Assembly (NCBI GenBank): GCA_029762535.1
Contig: JARVGK010000025.1
Span: 1-44,621 of the forward strand
DNA: 44,621 nt
Source of the DNA: Thermoplasmatota archaeon
GTDB lineage: Archaea; Thermoplasmatota; Penumbrarchaeia; Penumbrarchaeales; Penumbrarchaeaceae
Direction: 5' to 3'
This document shows positions 11,509-19,257 of this stretch, in pieces. The first letter of the stretch is position 1, and every line of letters begins with the position of its first letter. Both the position numbers and the translations under genes were made by a program. The notes below the pieces were generated by a model. The model was not told where the DNA came from. It did not search any database and worked only from the letters and a program-made list of their open reading frames with translations.

Positions 11509-11874
11509 ATGAAGATAGCAGTAACGGCAAAGGGAAATGAATTGACATCGGAGATGGATCCCAGGTTTGGCAGGTGCAGGTTCTTCCTGATAGTGGACCC
11601 GAACACCAAGGAGTTCGAGGCGGTGGAGAACAAAAGCGCCATGGCGACGGGAGGAGCCGGCCCCCAGGCATCTCAGACGATATCCAGGCTGGGCGTCGAG
11701 GTGCTGATAACAGGCAACGTCGGGCCCAACGCGTTCGAGGCGTTGAAGGCATCCGGGATCAGGGTCCTCATAGGTGCGTCTGGCACGGTTGAGGAGATTC
11801 TCGGCAAGTATGATAAGGGCGAGCTCGAAGAGATACAGGGAGCAAGCGTTGGATCCCATTCGGGAATGAGGTAG
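11509..11874 (+). CDS. NifB/NifX-family FeMo-cofactor-binding-like protein (ORP-like), copy 1
   Basis: MKIAV, DPRFGRCRFFLIVD, GGAGPQA, ITGNVGPNAF; C-terminal SHSG. Confidence 0.92.
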   Translation: MKIAVTAKGNELTSEMDPRFGRCRFFLIVDPNTKEFEAVENKSAMATGGAGPQASQTISRLGVEVLITGNVGPNAFEALKASGIRVLIGASGTVEEILGKYDKGELEEIQGASVGSHSGMR

Positions 11875-11921
11875 TTCGAGACCCCGATCGGTCCGATAGC
11901 AAGTGAAATGGGGGGCCCCTG

Positions 11922-12749
11922 TTGAAGATCGCGGTAGCCAGCGGAAAGGGTGGGACAGGAAAGACAACCGTCGCCGTAAACCTCGCTTTGAGCATCAAGG
12001 GCTCAACTCTCATCGACTGTGATGTGGAGGGGCCGAACTGTCATTTGTTCGTCAGGGGACCGATGAAAAAAGTCAAGGACGTTAGCATTCCGGCCCCGAA
12101 GTTCGACCTCGATAAATGCACGTATTGTGGAAAGTGCGCGGATTTCTGTCAGTACAATGCCATATCGGTCATAGGCCGGAAGCTTCTGTTCTTCAAGGAG
12201 CTGTGCCACGGATGCGGCGGATGCAGGATCATCTGTCCCGCGGAAGCCGTTGAGGAGATCGAACACCACATCGGCGTCATAGAGATGAACGAGGGGGAGC
12301 GGCCCCTGTTCCATGGAATGCTGGATATCGGCGAGCCTTTCGGGGTTCCCATAATAAGAGAACTGAAAGGCCTATCTGATGATGACGGCATCACCATATT
12401 CGATTCTCCTCCGGGGACCGCATGTCCCGCCGTGGAGACGATGAGGGACGTTGATCTCTGCATCCTTGTCACGGAGCCAACCCCGTTCGGACTGCACGAT
12501 CTCAAGCTCACGGTGGACGTTGTGAGAGAGATCGGCGTTCCTTTCGGGGTGGTGGTGAACCGGGATGGGATCGGGGACGACCGGGTGGATACATACTGCA
12601 GGGAGGAGGGGATCCCCCTTCTTGCGAAGATCCCGAACGACATGGAGATAGCAAAGGCCTACTCGATGGGGGTTCCCATCGTGGTGGCCCTGCCTCATTA
12701 CATGGAACTCTTCAGGGAGATATACGAGAAGGCCAGGGGGATGATCTGA
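11922..12749 (+). CDS. MinD-superfamily P-loop ATPase with inserted 2x[4Fe-4S] domain, copy 1
   Basis: SGKGGTGKTT, DCDVE, CTYCGKCADFC / CHGCGGCRIICP, DSPPGTAC, TEPTPFGLHD. Confidence 0.93.
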   Translation: MKIAVASGKGGTGKTTVAVNLALSIKGSTLIDCDVEGPNCHLFVRGPMKKVKDVSIPAPKFDLDKCTYCGKCADFCQYNAISVIGRKLLFFKELCHGCGGCRIICPAEAVEEIEHHIGVIEMNEGERPLFHGMLDIGEPFGVPIIRELKGLSDDDGITIFDSPPGTACPAVETMRDVDLCILVTEPTPFGLHDLKLTVDVVREIGVPFGVVVNRDGIGDDRVDTYCREEGIPLLAKIPNDMEIAKAYSMGVPIVVALPHYMELFREIYEKARGMI

Positions 12750-13612
12750 TGGTCAGGGAGTTGACCGTTATAAGTGGCAAGGGAGGCTGTGGAAAGACAA
12801 CCCTTACCGCTTCCTTCTCTGCGCTTGCCAGGAACCATGTCACCGCCGACGCCGATGTGGACGCGGCTGACATGCACATCCTTCTGGACCCGAAAGTGCT
12901 CAGAACCGAGAGATTCCATGGCCTCAACATCGCCAAAATGAACGATGAGTTATGCATCAACTGCGGTAAATGCTATGAGAACTGCAGGTACGGGGCTTTC
13001 GACCCTGACAACACACTGCATCCGGAGAAATGCGAGGGCTGCGCCGTCTGCGAACTCGTGTGCCCCGTGGGTGCGATCGATATGGTGGAAAGGGAGGCGG
13101 GAGAGGCCTACGTTTCCGAAACGAGGTTCGGGCCTCTAATACATGCCAAGCTCCATGCGGGGGAGGAGGCGTCGGGGAAGCTTGTCGCGCTTGTCAGGGA
13201 GCGGGCCAGGCAGGTCGCAGAGGATCAGGGCAAGGACCTTATCATCATTGACGGTCCGCCGGGTACGGGATGTACCGTTATATCATCCATGACCGGCGTG
13301 GACCTCGTCCTCGTCGTCATAGAGCCCTCCCTTTCGGGGATACACGATTCGAAGAGGATACTCGACGTCGCCAAGCATTTCAGGATCCCCTCTGTGGTCT
13401 GTATAAACAAGTATGATATCAACAAGGAGAACACACACAGCATTATGGAATTCTGCCGAAATGAAGGGATCGAGGTCGTCGGTAAGCTTCCCTATGACGA
13501 GACCGCCACGAAAGCGATGATGGGGGGTAAAACGGTCGTCGAGTTCTCTGAGGGGGAACTCTCCCAGAGCATCAAAGAGATCTGGAGAAGGGTCGAGAAG
13601 GAATTGATATGA
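12749..13612 (+). CDS. MinD-superfamily P-loop ATPase with inserted 2x[4Fe-4S] domain, copy 2
   Basis: SGKGGCGKTT, DADVDA, CINCGKCYENC / CEGCAVCELVCP, GEEASGKLV, DGPPGTGC; TGATG overlap with copy 1. Confidence 0.93.
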   Translation: MVRELTVISGKGGCGKTTLTASFSALARNHVTADADVDAADMHILLDPKVLRTERFHGLNIAKMNDELCINCGKCYENCRYGAFDPDNTLHPEKCEGCAVCELVCPVGAIDMVEREAGEAYVSETRFGPLIHAKLHAGEEASGKLVALVRERARQVAEDQGKDLIIIDGPPGTGCTVISSMTGVDLVLVVIEPSLSGIHDSKRILDVAKHFRIPSVVCINKYDINKENTHSIMEFCRNEGIEVVGKLPYDETATKAMMGGKTVVEFSEGELSQSIKEIWRRVEKELI

Positions 13613-14043
13613 ACATGTTCGACATCAACGACATCGCGATGGACATAGAGGATCGGATAAGAAAAGATGAGAAAAAGAAGTTCTCGGCCAGGGTCCTAAA
13701 GGAGGCTTATGAAGCTCAGAACATAGGAAGGATCGAGGATCCTGATGGCTGTGCATCGATAACGGGTCCCTGCGGGGACACCATGGAATTCTCGATCAAG
13801 GTCAAAGACAGCAGGATATCGGATATCCGCTTCATGACCGATGGATGCGGATCCTCCATCGCCTGCGGGAGCGCGACCACGAAGATGGCGCTTGGCCGGA
13901 CATTGGAAACGGCGCTGAATATCTCGGACATCGACATCCTGAACGAACTTGGGGGTCTGCCGGAGGAGAACCGGCATTGCGCAAAGCTCGCTGCGGACAC
14001 ACTGCGAAAGGCCTTCCGCAATTATCAGGAGAAGGGGAGATGA
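13609..14043 (+). CDS. NifU/IscU-like Fe-S scaffold, copy 1
   Basis: GPCGDTM, DGCGSSIAC and LGGLP..RHCA: the three-Cys U-type scaffold pattern. Confidence 0.9.
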   Translation: MNMFDINDIAMDIEDRIRKDEKKKFSARVLKEAYEAQNIGRIEDPDGCASITGPCGDTMEFSIKVKDSRISDIRFMTDGCGSSIACGSATTKMALGRTLETALNISDIDILNELGGLPEENRHCAKLAADTLRKAFRNYQEKGR

Positions 14044-14047
14044 TCCG

Positions 14048-14632
14048 TTGAGATGTGCTTTATGCGAAAAAAAAGAATGCTACGCCGGTAAGGACTGTGT
14101 CCAACTGAAGGAAGTGGTCCAAAAGCGCTATACCGGAGAGGATCTGAGGTCCATGGAGGTCTCAACCTCGATAGAATCCCGATATTATATGGAAAAGACC
14201 CGTCTCGAAGAATTGATCCTTTATGCCAGGGGAATGAACTATCAGAGGATCGGGATCGCATTCTGTATCGGAATGGAAAAGGAGGCGAAAATAATTCACA
14301 AGATACTCGAGAATGATTTCGAGGTCCATTCAGTGTGCTGCAAGGTCTGCGGTATAGATAAGGACCAGTTCGGACTTGAGAAACTTCACAGCAAGGTGGG
14401 ATTGGAGGCCATGTGCGATCCTGTAGGACAGGCGATGGTGCTCAACAACGAAGGCACTCAGATGAACGTCATTCTCGGTCTTTGTATGGGGCATGACATA
14501 CTCTTCACCAAGCACTCCGAAGCCCCAGTGACCACTCTGGCAGTGAAGGACAGGGTCCTCGCCCACAATCCGTTGGGGGCGATCTATTCCAATTATTATC
14601 TGAAGAGAAGGTTCAAAGGAGGGTTCGAATGA
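14048..14632 (+). CDS. DUF1847 Cys-rich metal-binding protein
   Basis: CALC...C, TRLEE, IGIAFCIG, CCKVCG, MCDPVGQA, GLCMGHD, KDRVLAHNP; TTG start after a purine-rich RBS. Confidence 0.9.
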   Translation: MRCALCEKKECYAGKDCVQLKEVVQKRYTGEDLRSMEVSTSIESRYYMEKTRLEELILYARGMNYQRIGIAFCIGMEKEAKIIHKILENDFEVHSVCCKVCGIDKDQFGLEKLHSKVGLEAMCDPVGQAMVLNNEGTQMNVILGLCMGHDILFTKHSEAPVTTLAVKDRVLAHNPLGAIYSNYYLKRRFKGGFE

Positions 14633-15279
14633 AGCTCACGGTCCTTTACGACAACGAGGCTCTTGAGGGTTTCAAGAAAGGGTGGGGTTTCTCCTGTTTG
14701 ATCGAAAAGGGTGGAAAGAGGATATTATTCGATACAGGTTGGGACGGAAAGAAACTGCTCTACAACATGAAAAAGGCAGGGATAAGGAAAGAGGATATCG
14801 ACATCATCGTGCTCTCCCATGATCACTGGGACCATATAGGGGGTCTTACCCGTGTCCTTCACCCGAAAGCGGAGGTGTACCTTCCCGGATCTTTCTCAAA
14901 GCGTCTGAAGAAGGAGATATCCGAACAGGCCAGACTCCATGAGGTAAACGGCCCTGAAGAGGTGCTCGAGGGGGTCCATCTTACAGGTGAACTGGGCTCG
15001 AGGATCAAGGAGCAGGCTATTGCGATCGACACCGGGAACGGCCTTCTGGTGATCACCGGCTGTGCCCATCCTGGCCTTGAAGAGATCGTGAGAGCTGCGG
15101 GAAGTTTCGGCAAAGTGACCGGAGTGATGGGGGGATTTCACGGTTTCAATGAAATTGAACTCCTGGATGACCTTGATATGATATCCCCCTGCCACTGCAC
15201 GGAAGAAAAGATCGGTATACTTGAAAGATACCCGGAAAAGGCCATGCAATGCGGGTCCGGGCTGAGTATGGATTTGTGA
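14629..15279 (+). CDS. MBL-fold metallo-hydrolase
   Basis: LYDN, WGFSCL, LFDTG, LSHDHWDHIGG, TGCAHPG, GGFH, PCHCT. Confidence 0.92.
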   Translation: MKLTVLYDNEALEGFKKGWGFSCLIEKGGKRILFDTGWDGKKLLYNMKKAGIRKEDIDIIVLSHDHWDHIGGLTRVLHPKAEVYLPGSFSKRLKKEISEQARLHEVNGPEEVLEGVHLTGELGSRIKEQAIAIDTGNGLLVITGCAHPGLEEIVRAAGSFGKVTGVMGGFHGFNEIELLDDLDMISPCHCTEEKIGILERYPEKAMQCGSGLSMDL

Positions 15280-15305
15280 GGGACTACTCGCGAGGAAGGA
15301 AAAAT

Positions 15306-16256
15306 ATGACCTCCAAAAACAGGATAGCATATGGCCCGGTACCTTCAAGACGGCTCGGCCGAAGTATGGGGATCAACAACATCCCGTCCAAGTTCTGCAG
15401 TTATTCCTGTGTATACTGTCAGCTCGGCAGGACAAAGGACCTTACTATCGAGAGGAGGAGATTCCACGGTCCAGATAGGGTTTTTCAAGATGTGGAAGCA
15501 CAGGTCGCCTCGGTGGAGGAGATGGGTGGCCGGATCGATCATCTCACGTTCGTCCCGGATGGAGAGCCCACACTGGATATCGATCTGGGAAAGGAGATAG
15601 AGATGGTCAAAGGGCTCGGATACCCCGTTGCGGTGATAACGAACTCGTCCTTGCTTGGTCATCAGAGCGTAAGAGAGGAGTTATCCGGAGCTGATCTCGT
15701 TTCGGTCAAGGTCGATGCCGTGGACGAGGGCGTTTGGAGGAAGGTGAACAGACCCCACGGCTCCCTGGTGTTCAATGATATCAAGGAGGGTTTGAAGAAG
15801 TTCTCCAACCGGTTCAAAGGTTCTCTGATAACGGAGACCATGCTCGTCAAGGGTATCAATGATGCGTATGAGATCGTAGAGGGGACGGCCGAATTCATAA
15901 GTGAGCTCGAACCCAAAATCGCATACATCAGCGTCCCGATCAGACCCCCTTCGGAGGAATGGGCCGTGATCCCATCCGATGAGAGCATAATGCGCATCAT
16001 AGCGAATCTCGCCTCGAGGCGGACCAGGACCGTACCGCTGGTCGAAAGGGAATTGGGTGACTTCACCTACACGGGAGATATTAAGGAGGACCTGCTCGCG
16101 ATAACATCCGTCCATCCGATGAGAAAGGACAGCGTTGTTGAAATGATCGAGAGAGCGGGCGCAGGATGGGATATCGTTGAGGGAATGGTCCGGTCCGGCG
16201 AGCTTGCCTCATCGGAATACATGGGGTGTATCTTCTACAGGAGGGCGTTATACTGA
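15306..16256 (+). CDS. Radical SAM protein (COG0731-like)
   Basis: YGPVPSRRLGRSMGIN, CSYSCVYC (CxxxCxxC), DGEPTL, ITNSSL, ETMLV. Confidence 0.92.
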   Translation: MTSKNRIAYGPVPSRRLGRSMGINNIPSKFCSYSCVYCQLGRTKDLTIERRRFHGPDRVFQDVEAQVASVEEMGGRIDHLTFVPDGEPTLDIDLGKEIEMVKGLGYPVAVITNSSLLGHQSVREELSGADLVSVKVDAVDEGVWRKVNRPHGSLVFNDIKEGLKKFSNRFKGSLITETMLVKGINDAYEIVEGTAEFISELEPKIAYISVPIRPPSEEWAVIPSDESIMRIIANLASRRTRTVPLVERELGDFTYTGDIKEDLLAITSVHPMRKDSVVEMIERAGAGWDIVEGMVRSGELASSEYMGCIFYRRALY

Positions 16257-16333
16257 ACTTTCGGACCCGGACGTGACGCTAGCTTATTAATCGAATTGAA
16301 CATCAGGGATATGAAAAACAGGAGGCTACGAAC

Positions 16334-16741
16334 ATGAAAGTGGGAATACCCAGCATGAGAGGTACAGGACTGGACGATGAGATAGGAGAGCATTTCGGGC
16401 GTGTACCGTTCTACACCATAGTGGAGACGGACTCAGGTTCCGTCAAGGTCATAAAGAACACCAGCGAGCACATGGGGGGGCAGGGGCTTCCCGCCGAACT
16501 CCTCAGGAAGGAGGGGGTGCATACGATGATATGCCGTGGGCTCGGCAGGCGTGCCATCGCTATGTTCGAGGAATCGAACATCGATGTCTTCGTCGGAGCC
16601 TCCGGAACGGTCCGCGATGCCCTGGAATCGTTGAAGAGGGGGGATCTCCCCAAAGCCAGCGAGGACGACGCCTGCCAGCAGCACGCCTTCCGCGAGCACC
16701 ATCATCACAGCGATCATGACCATGAATGCAAGAATCATTGA
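16334..16741 (+). CDS. NifB/NifX-family protein, copy 2, with His-rich tail
   Basis: EHFGRVPFY, GLGRRA; tail CQQHAFREHHHHSDHDHEC; AGGAGG RBS. Confidence 0.9.
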   Translation: MKVGIPSMRGTGLDDEIGEHFGRVPFYTIVETDSGSVKVIKNTSEHMGGQGLPAELLRKEGVHTMICRGLGRRAIAMFEESNIDVFVGASGTVRDALESLKRGDLPKASEDDACQQHAFREHHHHSDHDHECKNH

Positions 16742-16755
16742 TAGGCGGCAGATCG

Positions 16756-17139
16756 ATGTCTGGTTCGGAAGAATACTCCGATAAGGTGCTCGAGGAATAC
16801 CATTCCCCATACGGCATGGAGACCCTGTTCGATCCGGATGGACACGCTGTTGTCGAGGGGGTATGCGGGGACACCATCGAGATGTTTTTAAGGCTCGACG
16901 AAGAGAAGCTCCTTCACATGAGCTACCGGACCGACGGCTGCATCGCCACCGTCGCATGCTGCAGCATGCTCTCGAAGATCATCCTAGGCAGAGCACCGAA
17001 AGAGGCTGAATCGATCCGCGAGGAGGATCTCGTAGAAGCACTGGGAGGGCTTCCATCGGACCATCTGCACTGCGCAACCCTTGCTGTGGATACCTTTTTC
17101 AAGGCGCTTCTGGAACTTCAGCCCGATCCCAGAGGGTAA
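16756..17139 (+). CDS. NifU/IscU-like Fe-S scaffold, copy 2
   Basis: YSDKVLE, GVCGDTI, DGCIATVAC, LGGLP..HLHCA. Confidence 0.88.
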   Translation: MSGSEEYSDKVLEEYHSPYGMETLFDPDGHAVVEGVCGDTIEMFLRLDEEKLLHMSYRTDGCIATVACCSMLSKIILGRAPKEAESIREEDLVEALGGLPSDHLHCATLAVDTFFKALLELQPDPRG

Positions 17140-17241
17140 TGGACCCATATACGGCGATAAGTGCCCTCATCGGGGCCTGTCCTTTAGATAAAATATAAGT
17201 ATATTCCGAGGATAAACCATATCGAGGTATTGTATTTGGCC

Positions 17242-17553
17242 ATGGATCGCAGAGGCAAGGATGATGCCGCCAAAAGGGCGAGAAAACCCTATACCGACAG
17301 GACGCGCCGCGCCATGCTGAACATGGGCCAATTGGTTTATTTCCGCAACGATCTCAAAGAGATCATGTCCTTCTCGGACATGATAGAGAAAGACCGGGCC
17401 TCGTTCATGGCCACGCTCACGGCCAGGGCGTCACAGAGATCGATCCCCGAGGCGAGGCAGTACATCGATGAGGTGGAGGCGAGGGAGGGGTTCTCAAAAG
17501 ATACCGCACGAAGGCTGCATCGGCTCCTCGACCATTACACCAAATACAGATGA
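17242..17553 (+). CDS. Hypothetical helical protein
   Basis: ORF with an upstream TATA (AAATATAAG) and coding-like composition. Confidence 0.7.
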   Translation: MDRRGKDDAAKRARKPYTDRTRRAMLNMGQLVYFRNDLKEIMSFSDMIEKDRASFMATLTARASQRSIPEARQYIDEVEAREGFSKDTARRLHRLLDHYTKYR

Positions 17554-17554
17554 T

Positions 17555-18508
17555 TCACTTCCTGTAGGCCACGTAAATGTCGGCCTCGATCATCACATCG
17601 TTCTCGTAGTAATGATGGACGAAGTAGAGGTTCCCCCTGTCATCCAGCGTAGGCTCGCCGGCGAACATGGAGACCATCAGCTCCGGCTCCTGCCAATCCC
17701 CATCCACGTTCAGCGACCTGAATATCCCGGGAGTTCCCATATACGTCCTGGTGAACCACAGTTCCTTCCCATCGGTGGAAACGAATGGATACCCGTCCAT
17801 CGCATCGCTGTTCACGGCCTCTATGTTCACGGGATCGGACCATGAACCGTCGCTCCTCGTGGTCACCCATATATCGTAACCTCCCTTTCCTCCCGGTCTG
17901 CCGGAGTGGAAATATAGATCGTTCCCGTGTATGTGGACCTCGCCGATCTGCAGCTCCTTCATCAGCCTGTCCCCGGAATACTGCCAGTTCGTCCATTCTC
18001 CATCGATTAGCTCGGCGGTGAACATGTTCACACCGGTGTGACCTTCCCTTGCCGAGGCGAACCACATCTCGTTGCCCTGTATGGCGACCGCTCCATCCAG
18101 TGCGAGCCTGCCCGGTTTCTGCAGCCATACCCTATCTGGAACGCTCCATATGTTCCCGGTCCTGCGCGTCACGTATATCCCGGTGACATCGTCCATGACC
18201 TGTTCCTCCGGAGGGACCCTCACGTCGGGTGTGAAGAAGAAATAGAGCGTGTTCCCGTCAGGAAGGACAAAGGGCGAATCCTCCGCACCGGCGGTATTCA
18301 CAGGATATGGTACGGGGACCGGATCCTCGAATATATCAGTGTGAAGCACGGAAGGATTACGATCGGTATCTGGGCCCCTTTTAGCGATGTCATCGGGGAT
18401 CATGCTCTCCCGATCAATTTCGGGATGGTCCGCGGGATCGCTATCTCCGAGACAGCCCGATGCCAAAAGAAGCGACAGTGCGGTAAGGATCAACGCGGTC
18501 CTGTTCAT
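17555..18508 (-). CDS. Lipoprotein with PD40/WD40-like beta-propeller repeats
   Basis: Lipobox LASGC; repeats VNTAGAEDSPFVLPDGNTLYF, GGKGGYDIWV and VNSDAMDGYPFVSTDGKELWF. Confidence 0.88.
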   Translation of the reverse strand: MNRTALILTALSLLLASGCLGDSDPADHPEIDRESMIPDDIAKRGPDTDRNPSVLHTDIFEDPVPVPYPVNTAGAEDSPFVLPDGNTLYFFFTPDVRVPPEEQVMDDVTGIYVTRRTGNIWSVPDRVWLQKPGRLALDGAVAIQGNEMWFASAREGHTGVNMFTAELIDGEWTNWQYSGDRLMKELQIGEVHIHGNDLYFHSGRPGGKGGYDIWVTTRSDGSWSDPVNIEAVNSDAMDGYPFVSTDGKELWFTRTYMGTPGIFRSLNVDGDWQEPELMVSMFAGEPTLDDRGNLYFVHHYYENDVMIEADIYVAYRK

Positions 18509-18619
18509 GTATTAAAGACTCCATCGCATCATATATAAACGATCAGGGCTCGTCTTCATTTGGAAGAAATGACGGATGCAGGCCGGATCCCCATAGAAAT
18601 GGCGACTCCGAGGCGAAGA

Positions 18620-18628
18620 TTATATATA
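18620..18628 (+). promoter_or_regulatory. TATA box for the CxxC-x17-CxxC transcript
   Basis: TTATATATA preceded by a purine-rich BRE-like CGAAGA. Confidence 0.6.
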
Positions 18629-18742
18629 CCATATATTGGTCTCATCGTATCGAATAGGGCCCATCGGATATCTCAAGGTGCCGGTAAGGAATCAACGAGG
18701 TGGAGAGAAGGCCTTATCATAAAAAGAAAAGGAGGTGAACCG

Positions 18743-18901
18743 GTGAGATTCGATGGACCCCCAAGGGAGATGCACAAGGCCGTCTGCTCCGACTGCGGAC
18801 AGGAATGCGAAGTGCCATTCGCACCCGCAGAGGGAAGGCCCGTATACTGCAGGGAATGTTTCAGGAACCACAGGCCCCCAAGGCAGCAGAGAAGGTTCTG
18901 A
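18743..18901 (+). CDS. CxxC-x17-CxxC domain mini-protein
   Basis: PREMHKAVCSDCGQECEVPFAPAEGRPVYCRECF; GTG start after a strong GGAGGTGA RBS. Confidence 0.93.
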   Translation: MRFDGPPREMHKAVCSDCGQECEVPFAPAEGRPVYCRECFRNHRPPRQQRRF

Positions 18902-18918
18902 TACACCCGCAATAACGT

Positions 18919-19016
18919 AAGATCGCCCCGCAAGGCGGGGATACCCGAATGGACGGACGTTCGAATCGTCCGGCCATCCCTCTATCGAGGGCCCGATGTA
19001 TATCGGGTCGGATCTT
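18919..19016 (+). ncRNA. Structured RNA element (four-way junction with tRNA-like T-loop); 3' UTR or independent ncRNA
   Basis: Abutting stems visible by eye: CCCCGC/GCGGGG; CCGA[ATGG-a-CGGACG TTCGAAT CGTCCG-g-CCAT][CCCTC/GAGGG][CCCGAT/ATCGGG]TCGG; ends at T9. Confidence 0.6.
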
Positions 19017-19023
19017 TTTTTTT
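19015..19023 (+). terminator. Oligo-T archaeal terminator
   Basis: Run of 9 T directly after the structured element. Confidence 0.7.
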
Positions 19024-19069
19024 ATCATTTAGGGAATACGTTTAAACTCTCGTAGGGGTTTTTATCATC

Positions 19070-19135
19070 ATGGTTGTAACGGAAGCAAAGGAAGAATGTC
19101 TCGAAACATGCTTCTTGATTCCCCAAGCAACCTGA
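19070..19135 (+). CDS. Candidate leaderless 21-aa peptide MVVTEAKEECLETCFLIPQAT
   Basis: TTTAAA box at 19041-19046 spaced ~24 nt before the ATG; followed by a long hairpin. Confidence 0.35.
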   Translation: MVVTEAKEECLETCFLIPQAT

Positions 19136-19142
19136 GGAACCC

Positions 19143-19211
19143 GGCGAGGAGGGAGAGAATTTTTGACCTCACACCCCTCTCCTCTCTCAAATCCCCACAT
19201 CCCTCCTCGCC
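19143..19211. repeat. 12-bp perfect inverted repeat enclosing a C/T-rich segment
   Basis: GGCGAGGAGGGA (19143-19154) / TCCCTCCTCGCC (19200-19211). Confidence 0.8.
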
Positions 19212-19257
19212 ACACATAATGGAAAGATTAACCATCATGTTTCTCCTTGCACCTTCG

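Noticed and set aside
11509-17139. Nitrogen-fixation cluster suggested by NifX/NifU-like genes
   Set aside because: No nifH/D/K/E/N; these families are widespread in non-diazotrophic anaerobes
18949-18977. T-arm as a real, split tRNA or att-site remnant of tRNA-Asn
   Set aside because: No acceptor, D or anticodon arms in tRNA order; the stem sequence differs from tRNA-Asn; no integrase present
19133-19160. TGA followed by GAA-CCC...GGG-A, resembling an archaeal SECIS or Sec readthrough signal
   Set aside because: The lower stem cannot pair, the readthrough product is low-complexity, and no selenoprotein candidate is in the window
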